Shown piece by piece: positions 24,455-32,845 of a stretch of 36,692 bases of DNA. A program made the translations under genes and the position numbers. A model generated the notes under the pieces. That model was not told the origin of the DNA and did no database searches. It was given only the letters and a program-made list of their open reading frames with translations. Source of the stretch: an uncultured archaeon (GTDB lineage Archaea; Aenigmatarchaeota; Aenigmatarchaeia; CG10238-14; SCSR01). Each line of letters begins with the position of its first letter. The stretch's first letter is position 1. The DNA is taken from positions 1 to 36,692 of the forward strand of contig CAYRSQ010000003.1 in the NCBI GenBank assembly GCA_964427055.1, read 5' to 3'.

Positions 24455-25021
24455 CTATAATTCCAGTTCGTCAGATATGCCCTTTAAAGAATTCAAAGCT
24501 ATCTCAAAGAACCTCTCTTTCTGTATCCCTATCTTTTCACAGTAAAGCATGTTCTCTCTGCTGCAATTCCTGGCGAAGTCCTTCTCTTTGAACCTTCTTT
24601 CGACGTTGCTGGGATCCAAGTCAGAAAGTTTCCTTGAAGGTAGCACAAGCGCAGCGGCTACGACAAGTCCCGACACCGCATCGGCTGCTATCAGTGCGTT
24701 ATCCAAGTTTGTTTCCGGACTCACACCGGTATACTCGTGATTGTGAGCTTTTATGGAATGTATTATCTGTTCGGGAACCTCTCCTGTGGCTTCCTCTTCC
24801 AGTATCTCCACGCTCCGTTTGGCGTGAAGTTCGGGCTTGTCGAATGTTTCGTCAAAATCCACGTCATGGAGAAGACCAGCCAAAGACCACACCATTTCAT
24901 CTTCCTTGAGTTCGATTGCCAAGTTCTCCATTATGGCTTCTACCGCGAGTATATGCTTGAATAAATTTTTCCTCTTCACATGGCTCTTGACCATGGCTAA
25001 AGCTCGTTCCCTTGCTATCAT
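24455..25021 (-). CDS. HD/HDIG-domain metal-dependent phosphohydrolase
   Basis: Motifs HILAVEAIMENLA… and LAGLLHDVD (H…HD) plus downstream H residues (IKAHNHEY). Substrate unknown. Confidence 0.7.
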   Translation of the reverse strand: MIARERALAMVKSHVKRKNLFKHILAVEAIMENLAIELKEDEMVWSLAGLLHDVDFDETFDKPELHAKRSVEILEEEATGEVPEQIIHSIKAHNHEYTGVSPETNLDNALIAADAVSGLVVAAALVLPSRKLSDLDPSNVERRFKEKDFARNCSRENMLYCEKIGIQKERFFEIALNSLKGISDELEL

Positions 25022-25078
25022 ATTTTTAACTTACCGTTTAAAAGATATTTAATTGTTTAACTGGAGAAATTATATTAC

Positions 25079-25150
25079 GCCTCAGTAGCTTAGTGGTAGA
25101 GCAATTGCCTTGTAAGCAGTAGGTCGCGAGTTCAAGTCTCGCCTGAGGCT
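25079..25150 (+). tRNA. tRNA-Thr (anticodon UGU)
   Basis: Near-identical body to tRNA-Thr(CGU) at 5035. Anticodon stem ATTGC/GCAGT with loop CTTGTAA. T arm GCGAG-TTCAAGT-CTCGC. A/T-rich TATA-like stretch at 25036-25054. T-rich tract downstream. Confidence 0.9.
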
Positions 25151-25172
25151 CTTTTACTACTTTTATCTCTGA

Positions 25173-25850
25173 TTGCACCATTACTATTTAGGTGCTTCAT
25201 TGCTCGAATACGAAGGACTGAAAATCAGGTGGCTTGGTCATTCTTCATTCAAAATCTCCGATGGGAAAGTCATTTACATAGATCCATATAACGTAAAGCC
25301 TGCTTCCCCTGCAGACTTGATACTGATAACACACGAACATTTCGATCATTGTAGCCTCGAGGATGTCAAAAAACTACTGAAACAGAATACAATAATCATA
25401 ACCACATCACAGGCCAAAAACAAACTACAACCAATAGACGCGGAAATACTAGTGATATCGCCTGGAAAATCATACTCTGTAGATGGCGTGACCGTAGAGG
25501 CCGTTCCTGCATACAATGTAAACAAATTCAGGTCGCCGGGCGTCCAATATCACCCCAAGAAGGATGGGATTGGATTTATAGTGACGATTGACGGCAAAAG
25601 GATATATCACGCAGGCGACACGGATTTCATACCTGAGATGAAGGACATAAATAGCATAGACATAGCCATGGTCCCAATAAGCGGAACTTATGTCATGACA
25701 GCCGAAGAGGCCGCGGAAGCCGTTGATGCCATAAATCCGAGAATAGCGATACCCATGCACATAGGGACTCTCCTAGGTAGTGAAAAGGATTCCTACAGAT
25801 TCCAAAAGTTGGCTAGTACCGAAGTTGAGATATTGGAAGAGGAAAAATAG
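25173..25850 (+). CDS. Metallo-beta-lactamase-fold hydrolase (UPF0173-like)
   Basis: Motifs KIRWLGHSSFKI, IYIDPY and LILITHEHFDHC (HxHxDH). The track start is TTG 25173. In-frame TTG 25200 preceded by AGGTG is an equally plausible start. Confidence 0.75.
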   Translation: MHHYYLGASLLEYEGLKIRWLGHSSFKISDGKVIYIDPYNVKPASPADLILITHEHFDHCSLEDVKKLLKQNTIIITTSQAKNKLQPIDAEILVISPGKSYSVDGVTVEAVPAYNVNKFRSPGVQYHPKKDGIGFIVTIDGKRIYHAGDTDFIPEMKDINSIDIAMVPISGTYVMTAEEAAEAVDAINPRIAIPMHIGTLLGSEKDSYRFQKLASTEVEILEEEK

Positions 25851-25913
25851 TCTCTACTGCGCAAATTATAAAAGGGTAAACCGAGAGAAGAATTAGTATC
25901 TATTACCTAAAAT

Positions 25914-26028
25914 GGGGTCGTCGTCTAACCTGGCAGGACATCAGGCTCCAGGTTTGTTGACTTGGAGCTTTGACTCCAACATGATAAGAAGAAACCTGCT
26001 GATGGGGGTTCAAATCCCTCCGACCCCA
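25914..26028 (+). tRNA. tRNA-Trp (anticodon CCA) with 42-nt intron (25952..25993)
   Basis: Acceptor GGGGTCG/CGACCCC, D arm GTCT-AACCTGGCA-GGAC, anticodon stem TCAGG/CCTGC (27:43 mismatch), loop CT-CCA-G, T arm GGGGG-TTCAAAT-CCCTC. BHB-like core: CTCC:GAAG (3 of 4 pairs) flanked by bulges AGG and AAA. Confidence 0.8.
25961..25987 (+). ncRNA. Intron-embedded box D'/C' K-loop-like guide element (antisense arm + UUGA + 7-nt loop + AUGAUAA)
   Basis: CTTGGAGC(25961-25968) pairs with G31-G(25952). TTGA is at 25970-25973 and ATGATAA at 25981-25987. See finding. Confidence 0.35.
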
Positions 26029-26046
26029 CTCGACATACGTGATTGA

Positions 26047-26481
26047 ATGAGAATAGCTTTATGTGGCAGTCTGAGTCTTGGGAGGAGTTTTCTTGATGTA
26101 AAGAAAGAATTGGAGGATCTAGGCCACGAAGTTCTCATACCAGAATCCATACGAAAGTACAAGCTCGACACTGCAGAAGATGCTAAAAAGTTCAAATCGG
26201 AACAGTCTGGATACATGAAAATAAAGAACGTGTACATGAATGAGCATTTCGAAAAAATAGGAAGGAGCGATGCCATAGTTGTGATAAACAAGCCGAAAGG
26301 TGATGTAAAGAATTACATAGGTGGGAACACGTTTGCTGAAATAATAGTCGCGTTTTTCCTGAAAAAGAAAATTTTCCTGTTGAATCCCATACCGACTGAC
26401 GTTTCACTGAAAGTTTTCAGAGAAGAACTTGTGGGTGTAGAACCGACGATATTGTATGGAGACCTCAAACGGATTGAATAA
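26047..26481 (+). CDS. Small Rossmann-like protein, possibly nucleoside 2-deoxyribosyltransferase / DNPH1-like
   Basis: N-terminal MRIALCGSLS strand, and GGNTFAEIIVAFFLKKKIFLL with a conserved-looking Glu before a helix-strand unit. Weak recollection-based assignment. Confidence 0.35.
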   Translation: MRIALCGSLSLGRSFLDVKKELEDLGHEVLIPESIRKYKLDTAEDAKKFKSEQSGYMKIKNVYMNEHFEKIGRSDAIVVINKPKGDVKNYIGGNTFAEIIVAFFLKKKIFLLNPIPTDVSLKVFREELVGVEPTILYGDLKRIE

Positions 26482-27153
26482 TTATTTCCAGCCGTATTCA
26501 CCTTCAAGCGGAACGAACATCACAGAACCCAAATCTTTCATAACAGTGATACGCGAAGTTTTCTTAACGGCGACCAAGGTCTGACTTCCATTCGGATTAC
26601 CTACGGGTATAATTAACATGCCATTCGTTTTTAGCATATCAACAAGCACCTTTGGAATATCCGGACTAGTTGCACTCACTATTATTTTGTCGAACTTTTT
26701 CTTACCTGCAACTCTGCTTATATCCCCTAATATCATCGATACTTTCTTGCTGTACCCAGACTTCTCTAGGTTATTCTTAGCGAATCTATAGACATCAATC
26801 TTTATCTCAATCCCTGTCACTTCCCCCTTGGAACCTACTAATTCTTTCATGTAAGCCAGCAGTATGCCTGAACCAGCTCCCACCTCCAAAACGCAATCAC
26901 CGGGCTTCAGATTCAATTCAGAAAGAACCATTGCATGCATATGAGGCGCGGAGATTGTCGCATCGCTTGGTATCGGTAATGGATAATCGTTATAAGCACT
27001 ATCCCTGTATTCGCCTAGGACAAAATCCTCTCTCCTGACTTTTAGCATCGCAGCCTTTACCTTAGGACTTGTGATGCACTTTCCTTCTTCAAGAGAATCG
27101 ATTAGGTCCCTTCTCTGACGCTCAAACTTGTCGTTGTTTGCCACTATATTCAC
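26482..27153 (-). CDS. pcm: Protein-L-isoaspartate O-methyltransferase
   Basis: Motifs ISAPHMHAMVLSEL and SAM-binding VLEVGAGSGILLAYM, C-terminal …VMFVPL, length about 220 aa. Confidence 0.85.
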   Translation of the reverse strand: MNIVANNDKFERQRRDLIDSLEEGKCITSPKVKAAMLKVRREDFVLGEYRDSAYNDYPLPIPSDATISAPHMHAMVLSELNLKPGDCVLEVGAGSGILLAYMKELVGSKGEVTGIEIKIDVYRFAKNNLEKSGYSKKVSMILGDISRVAGKKKFDKIIVSATSPDIPKVLVDMLKTNGMLIIPVGNPNGSQTLVAVKKTSRITVMKDLGSVMFVPLEGEYGWK

Positions 27154-27250
27154 AAATCACAACTAAAGTTGACTATATTTAAGTCTTACAGAAAACTCCT
27201 GTTGCATCAGTAGTTTAAAAATTAAGTGCTAGTAAAGACAATTCTTTCTT

Positions 27251-28093
27251 ATGGGAATATCCAATTTGTCTAAAGCTGTCAAAAAACTAGAAACTGTAGA
27301 CATACAGGGAGCCACGGAGATTGCTATATTCTCATTGAAGACACTGAGAAGGATTGTAAAGAGAAAGGGATTCGGAAAAGAATTCAACGAAGCATCCCGT
27401 AAACTTGAAAGAGCTAGGCCAACCGCAGTGGTATTGCACAATTGCCTAAATATCCTGAAACGGGAAAAAACCATAGATTCAATAAACAGATTGATTGAAA
27501 CACTGGAAACTTCAGACGAGAAAATCTCCGAGAATGGAATCAAGTGTTTTGGTAAGAAGTCCTACAGGCTATTAACCCATTGCCATTCTAGTGAAGCCAT
27601 AGCTATGATAAAGGGACTTAAAAATAAAGGGAAAAACCTGTCTGTCATTGTGACACAGACCGACCCATTGGAACAAGGAATCAAGACCGCGAAAGAATTG
27701 AGTGGACAGAAAATACCAACAACATTAATAATCGATTCGGCAGTCGGACACTTCATAAATGACATAGATGCATTCGTGTTCGGCACTGATGCCATTCGAA
27801 AGGAAGGAATTGTCAACAAGATAGGAACTAAACTATATGCCATTGCCGCAAAAGAGAACAAAAAACCTGTTTACATAGTCGGCAACAACTTGAAATTGGA
27901 CAGAAGAAGAGAATTTGAAATGGAACAAAGATCTCCCAATGAAATCAAGAGAGAACTTTCCAGGCCATATGACTTGAGAGGAATCGTTATAAAAAATCCT
28001 GCATTTGACATAACTCCATGGAAATACGTCACAAGAGTCATAACTGAAGAGGGTGTCTTCACTCCGTCACAAATACAGAGGATGTTAAGATGA
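27251..28093 (+). CDS. e2b2: Ribose-1,5-bisphosphate isomerase (eIF-2B alpha/beta/delta-like family)
   Basis: eIF-2B-family motifs VDIQGATEIA, LLTHCHSSEAI (catalytic Cys context) and VFGTDAIRKEG (Asp). Its stop overlaps the rbcL ATG (ATGA at 28090-28093). Confidence 0.75.
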   Translation: MGISNLSKAVKKLETVDIQGATEIAIFSLKTLRRIVKRKGFGKEFNEASRKLERARPTAVVLHNCLNILKREKTIDSINRLIETLETSDEKISENGIKCFGKKSYRLLTHCHSSEAIAMIKGLKNKGKNLSVIVTQTDPLEQGIKTAKELSGQKIPTTLIIDSAVGHFINDIDAFVFGTDAIRKEGIVNKIGTKLYAIAAKENKKPVYIVGNNLKLDRRREFEMEQRSPNEIKRELSRPYDLRGIVIKNPAFDITPWKYVTRVITEEGVFTPSQIQRMLR

Positions 28094-29310
28094 AGTACGA
28101 GGATTTCATAGACACGAAATACAAACCTAAAGGAAGAGACGTCGTGTGTGAATTTTTAGTAGAGCCTAACAAGGTGAATATGAAACATGCGGCAGGCGGG
28201 ATTGCTGCTGAAAGCTCCATAGGCACGTGGACAGAACTGGAGACCATGAAAACCAGCATCGAAAAGTTATCGGCTAAAGTATTCCAGATAAATGGGAACA
28301 AAATAGAAATCGCGTACCCACTTGATCTCTTTGAACTTGGAAACATGCCAAACCTGTTGAGCAGCGTTGCTGGGAATGTATTCGGACTCAAGGAGATTAG
28401 GAACCTCAGACTGAATGATATAGAATTTCCCAGAAGATTCGTTAAGAGTTTTGACGGTCCGAAATACGGGATCAGTGGTATCAGAAAACTAACTGGAGTA
28501 AAAGACAGACCATTTCTCGGAACCATAATAAAACCCAAATTGGGACTAAGTTCGATAGACCATTCGAAAATAGCATACGAAGCATGGATTGGAGGATGTG
28601 ACATAGTTAAAGACGACGAAAACCTGGCGAATCAAAATTTCAATAAATTTAGGACGAGGGTAACATCCACGCTGAAAAGCAGAGACAAAGCTGAGAAGGA
28701 AACTGGGGAAATGAAACTGTATATGGCAAACGTGACTGCAGAAACGAATGAGATGATAAAGCGAGCGAAGTTTCTTGAAAAAGAAGGCGGGAGATACGTC
28801 ATGGTCGACGTCCTCACAGTAGGATGGGGGGCGCTTCAGACATTAAGAAATGAGGACTTGGATATGGTACTTCATGGACACAGAGCAATGCATGCGGCCA
28901 TAACAAAGAACAAAAAACATGGAATCTCCATGAAAGTGTTAGCTAAACTATTAAGGATAGTAGGAGTAGACCAGTTGCATGTCGGGACTGGAATCGGTAA
29001 AATGAGTGAAAGCGTGCCCGAAGTCAGAGAAAATATAAGTGCACTGACTCAGACCCTTTACGGAACCAAAAAAACTATGCCTGTCGCTTCTGGAGGCATA
29101 CATCCGCTGTTGATACCGGATTTGATAAGTATTTTTGGGAAAGATGTTGTAATACAGATGGGAGGCGGCATACATGGACATCCCATGGGAACGGAATCCG
29201 GTTCCATTGCAGCTAGGCAGGCTCTGTTGTCCTGTAAGGACAACATTCCACTTAAAAAGTTTGCTAAGAGCCATAAAGAACTCGATGACGCAATAAGAAA
29301 ATGGAAATAG
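28090..29310 (+). CDS. rbcL: Ribulose-1,5-bisphosphate carboxylase large subunit, form III-like
   Basis: Active-site motifs GTIIKPKLGLS, GGCDIVKDDENL (carbamyl-Lys/Asp/Glu), LHGHRAMHAA, ASGGIHP and QMGGGIHGHP. Confidence 0.9.
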   Translation: MKYEDFIDTKYKPKGRDVVCEFLVEPNKVNMKHAAGGIAAESSIGTWTELETMKTSIEKLSAKVFQINGNKIEIAYPLDLFELGNMPNLLSSVAGNVFGLKEIRNLRLNDIEFPRRFVKSFDGPKYGISGIRKLTGVKDRPFLGTIIKPKLGLSSIDHSKIAYEAWIGGCDIVKDDENLANQNFNKFRTRVTSTLKSRDKAEKETGEMKLYMANVTAETNEMIKRAKFLEKEGGRYVMVDVLTVGWGALQTLRNEDLDMVLHGHRAMHAAITKNKKHGISMKVLAKLLRIVGVDQLHVGTGIGKMSESVPEVRENISALTQTLYGTKKTMPVASGGIHPLLIPDLISIFGKDVVIQMGGGIHGHPMGTESGSIAARQALLSCKDNIPLKKFAKSHKELDDAIRKWK

Positions 29311-30860
29311 TGATAATAGTGAAATTGAAAGTCAAGATACTGGGAATGAGCGCTGGAGACAAGCCTATTGTGGTTCTAAATAACGACACGGCTGAAGATA
29401 TGGGAGTGATAAGTCTCAATAGAATTGTATTGGAACGCGGAGAAAAAAGTGTAATCGGCATTGTTAACACTTCTAAGAACGTGGTTGGAAAGGGGGAAAT
29501 AGGACTGTTCGATGAGATAATCAAAAACATGGACTTGAAAAATGGCATGGATATATCTGTGAAAATTTCCAGTCAACCAGCTTCGATAGAACACATAAAG
29601 TCAAGATTGAAGGGGAGAAAACTCAGAGAGGATGAAATATTTGAAATTGTAAAGGATGTAGTTGACAATAGACTCAGCGAAATTGAAATCTCAACTTTCG
29701 TTACTTCCCTTAACAACCATCCGATGGACATAGATGAGATTGTCGGGATGACAAGGGCCATGGTCAAAACCGGGAAGACATTGGAATTGAATAGTTCATA
29801 CATCGTCGATAAGCATTCTATAGGAGGCGTTCCCGGAGATAAGACGACACTGCTCGTCGTGCCCATAATAGCGGCATGTGGAATAACGATACCAAAGACT
29901 TCGTCTAGGGCTATAACCTCTGCAGCTGGCACTGGGGACAGGGCTGAAACCTTGATGCCAGTAGAACTGAGTGTAGAGGAGATGAAGACCGTCGTGAAAA
30001 AGACTAATGGGTGTATAGTATGGGGAGGGTCACTCGAACTAGCCCCCGCAGACGACATCTTCATCAAAGTCGAATATCCACTATCTATAGACCCTATGAT
30101 GATACCTTCCATAATGAGCAAAAAGAAGGCAGTCGGCGCTGAATATCTACTCATAGACATTCCGTGCGGGAGAGGAACTAAGGTAAAAAGCATGGGGGAT
30201 GCTAATTTCCTGGCAAGAGACTTCATAGAGATTGGTAAAAGGTTGGGAATCACCACAAGATGTGCTATAACGTATGGAGAACAGCCCATAGGATACACGA
30301 TTGGTGCCGGACTGGAGGCCAAGGAAGCATTAGAAGTATTGATGAGGCAACGTAACGTACCAGACCTTTTGGAGAAAGCCAAGGGCATATCAAAAATTCT
30401 TCTGAACATGATAGGAAAAGATGGTGACAGAATGGTGGAAGATGTTTTCAAATCCGGAAAAGCCGAGGAGAAACTCAGAGAGATTATATTTGAACAAGGA
30501 GGGGATTCTGAAATAACACCAGACGATATACCTATAGGTAAGTACGGGCTTGACGTGGTATCTGAAAGTTCAGGGCATGTTCTATGGATGAACAATCACC
30601 AATTGGCATCAATAGCGAGGGCGGCAGGATCTCCAAAAGATAAGGGTGCCGGAATAGAACTTTATAAAAAAATAGGGGACAAAATCGATAAGGGAGAAAG
30701 ACTGTTCACCATATACTCGGAGAAGACGAGAAAGCTTAAACACGCAAAGGAAAAATTGGAGGAAGAATATCCGATAGAAATTGGTGAACGAAGAAGAATG
30801 CTGATAAGAGAGATTTCTGAACAGAATCCGATTAAAAAACCTTTCCTGCTAGAAAGCTGA
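29301..30860 (+). CDS. deoA: AMP phosphorylase (thymidine phosphorylase family)
   Basis: N-terminal KLKVKILGMSAGDKPIVVLNNDTAEDMGV domain typical of archaeal AMPpase, glycosyl-transferase-family-3 motif HSIGGVPGDKTTLLVVPIIAACG, and C-terminal alpha/beta domain. GTG 29319 just after the rbcL stop is an alternative start. Confidence 0.85.
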   Translation: MEIVIIVKLKVKILGMSAGDKPIVVLNNDTAEDMGVISLNRIVLERGEKSVIGIVNTSKNVVGKGEIGLFDEIIKNMDLKNGMDISVKISSQPASIEHIKSRLKGRKLREDEIFEIVKDVVDNRLSEIEISTFVTSLNNHPMDIDEIVGMTRAMVKTGKTLELNSSYIVDKHSIGGVPGDKTTLLVVPIIAACGITIPKTSSRAITSAAGTGDRAETLMPVELSVEEMKTVVKKTNGCIVWGGSLELAPADDIFIKVEYPLSIDPMMIPSIMSKKKAVGAEYLLIDIPCGRGTKVKSMGDANFLARDFIEIGKRLGITTRCAITYGEQPIGYTIGAGLEAKEALEVLMRQRNVPDLLEKAKGISKILLNMIGKDGDRMVEDVFKSGKAEEKLREIIFEQGGDSEITPDDIPIGKYGLDVVSESSGHVLWMNNHQLASIARAAGSPKDKGAGIELYKKIGDKIDKGERLFTIYSEKTRKLKHAKEKLEEEYPIEIGERRRMLIREISEQNPIKKPFLLES

Positions 30861-30910
30861 CTAAAAAGTGAATGCGGGGATTGAATAACCTTCCCCATTT
30901 TTCAACGAAA

Positions 30911-31222
30911 TCATTTAGACAGCGTGATGCTTATCGTCGAGACATTTATCTTGGATTTATCCTGAAGTTCTCTTTCCTCTGTTCCTATGTCTATGTTTTT
31001 TATGTGGACATCACTTATGAATTTCTTTCTGGATATTTCAGCGACATCGACTGCTCTCGATATGGCCTTTCCCCTCGCCTTGATATCGACTGATGATTTA
31101 CCATCATTGAATTGTGTTATCACTCCCAAAACATATGCCATGCTAGGTTTTCTCCCAACGTATATTACATTCTCGTCTTCTCTATCATCTGACATGTTTT
31201 CTGTTGTTAATTCTTCTGTCAT
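30911..31222 (-). CDS. albA: Alba DNA/RNA-binding protein
   Basis: [21 protein letters not shown]…[24 protein letters not shown] is the Alba signature. It is preceded by a roughly 17-aa acidic N-terminal extension. Confidence 0.85.
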   Translation of the reverse strand: MTEELTTENMSDDREDENVIYVGRKPSMAYVLGVITQFNDGKSSVDIKARGKAISRAVDVAEISRKKFISDVHIKNIDIGTEERELQDKSKINVSTISITLSK

Positions 31223-31363
31223 TCTAGCACCTCACGGTTGAAATCAACGTATTTCGCCTCATTTGGATGTTCTTACTATAATTTGTTCTTGATTAGTAAA
31301 TTAAAAAATTTAACTGTTGCAACAATGGTTATTTTCTTTTAAAACCAAATAATTATAGATTTC

Positions 31364-32845
31364 ATGGCCGAAAACTGTCCAAAATGCGGATCGACAAACC
31401 TCAGGTTTGTTGGAGGTTCTACGGAAGGGAAGGCTAAATATAACTGTAAAGATTGCGGAAAAACGTTTTACATAAACACTAAAAACAACGATGTGCCAAA
31501 AGGATTTTCCTTGAATGAAAGGCTGATTAAATCGATTTTATTCGGAGCTGTGGCTCTATACATGGTATTCCTTTTTCCGATGGGAAACTCCATCAGGGAT
31601 TTATTTGAAACTGTTATACCGAATTACGATTGGGTGTTTTGGGCAACCGTCATAATATTCATGTATAGTATGCTGAATTCCATTTGGAATAGCAATTCCA
31701 ATGGAATAGGAATATCATATCTCTTGTTAATCGCGATAACTATGATAGTGTCAAATATAGGATTGACTTATATCGAAAGCCCCATGGGTCAGCAGTTTTT
31801 GTTATCTACAAGATGCGCTATGTCAGGGTTGTTTTCTCCCGGGACCGACATAACAGAATGTATGGTACCGACAAATCCGAATCAAAATGGACCTATAAGC
31901 ACAAACGACGCGATAACCCTAGATTTCGACAATACCAACAGCGAATATACGATATATAAGACTTCAGGCGGTTTCAATGTCAAACCGTTCTTCATTCTAC
32001 TATCCGTTGAGAATCCGAGCGAGACTAGGGATGTGGAAAATTTCATGATTTCTGGTACTGAATCTACTATAAGGAAAAGTGGCAACATACCGACAAAAGA
32101 AAAAATTGAAATAGCATATCTGGAAACTTCTGACGGGAGTTGCATGGATACGCCATGCGACTTGGAAGCAGGCGAGAAAATGAATCTAGTCGTAAAAGCT
32201 GAGGGCATCTCATGTGATTCCGATACACAGTCCGGATGCGAACTACATGAGATATGTGAATGGGATAACGATGATGGTTGTAGCGTTATAACTAAAGATA
32301 TGACAGAAGTCGAAGTCAAACTTGTATTTTCATACAACTATGCAGTGGAAGAGACTAAGGACCTTCTCTTATCAAGAGATTATTTAACGATACAAACACT
32401 GCTACAGAACACCGAAAGCCCTAGTTCAGTGGTGGATGGGCCAGTATACTTGAAAGTTTCATTTGCACCGTCATATCATGTTTTTGATGAAGACGATGAA
32501 ACAGCCGAAATAGACGTAAACATCAAACTTTCCAACGAAGGTGACGGAAGTGCATACCTATCAGAACCAATTGAAATTACAAGAATCGTCAGTAATGGTA
32601 TATTGTCTAAGCCATCCGTCTGCATTGATCCGTGGGGGGACGAAAAACCTTTGGACGAAAATGAAAAAATCACGATTGCTCCCGATACTGTGAAAATAGA
32701 AGATTCGGCCACATTCACTTGCACCTATTCTGTAGATGGCAACTCTGTGAGAGAGTCAGGTGAAGTTATACCAATAACAGCGACTGCTAGGTACACTTAC
32801 GAAGATACTAAATACAAAAAATACATACAAATCGAAGAAATCTAA
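31364..32845 (+). CDS. Zn-ribbon / 3-TM / extracellular two-domain protein (paralogue of the 13811 and 15260 surface proteins)
   Basis: N-terminal CPKCGS…CKDCGKTF zinc ribbon, three hydrophobic helices (residues about 55-135), then an ectodomain with shared motifs ILLSVENPSETRDVENFMISG, VFSYNYAVEET, GPVYLKVSFAP and ATARYTYEDTKYKKYIQIE. Confidence 0.6.
   Translation: MAENCPKCGSTNLRFVGGSTEGKAKYNCKDCGKTFYINTKNNDVPKGFSLNERLIKSILFGAVALYMVFLFPMGNSIRDLFETVIPNYDWVFWATVIIFMYSMLNSIWNSNSNGIGISYLLLIAITMIVSNIGLTYIESPMGQQFLLSTRCAMSGLFSPGTDITECMVPTNPNQNGPISTNDAITLDFDNTNSEYTIYKTSGGFNVKPFFILLSVENPSETRDVENFMISGTESTIRKSGNIPTKEKIEIAYLETSDGSCMDTPCDLEAGEKMNLVVKAEGISCDSDTQSGCELHEICEWDNDDGCSVITKDMTEVEVKLVFSYNYAVEETKDLLLSRDYLTIQTLLQNTESPSSVVDGPVYLKVSFAPSYHVFDEDDETAEIDVNIKLSNEGDGSAYLSEPIEITRIVSNGILSKPSVCIDPWGDEKPLDENEKITIAPDTVKIEDSATFTCTYSVDGNSVRESGEVIPITATARYTYEDTKYKKYIQIEEI

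Noticed and set aside
5035-25150. Two nearly identical tRNA-Thr genes that could be att-site duplications bracketing a 20-kb integrated element
   Set aside because: They are full-length isoacceptors with different anticodons (CGU versus UGU), not a partial 3' duplication. The interval contains core housekeeping genes (topo VI, aIF-1A, S17e, endA, SRP RNA), and no integrase is present.
25988-26002. Possible second box C/D guide in pre-tRNA-Trp: an 11-nt spacer after the C'-like box ending at CTGA in the variable loop
   Set aside because: The N+5 partner of this putative D box would be an intron nucleotide (25953). The AAACCTG/CAGGTTT complementarity is mostly explained by the anticodon stem itself. 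It is probably coincidental.
29573-30595. 340-aa ORF antisense to the AMP phosphorylase gene. Similar long shadow ORFs occur at 28059-28604, 3999-4655, 7655-8224, 8480-9094, 21662-22309, 22468-22923 and 1724-1963.
   Set aside because: Each lies fully inside and antisense to (or out of frame with) a gene with strong conserved motifs. The translations are low-complexity and Ser/Leu/Ile/Pro-rich with no recognisable motifs or RBS. These are typical shadow ORFs.
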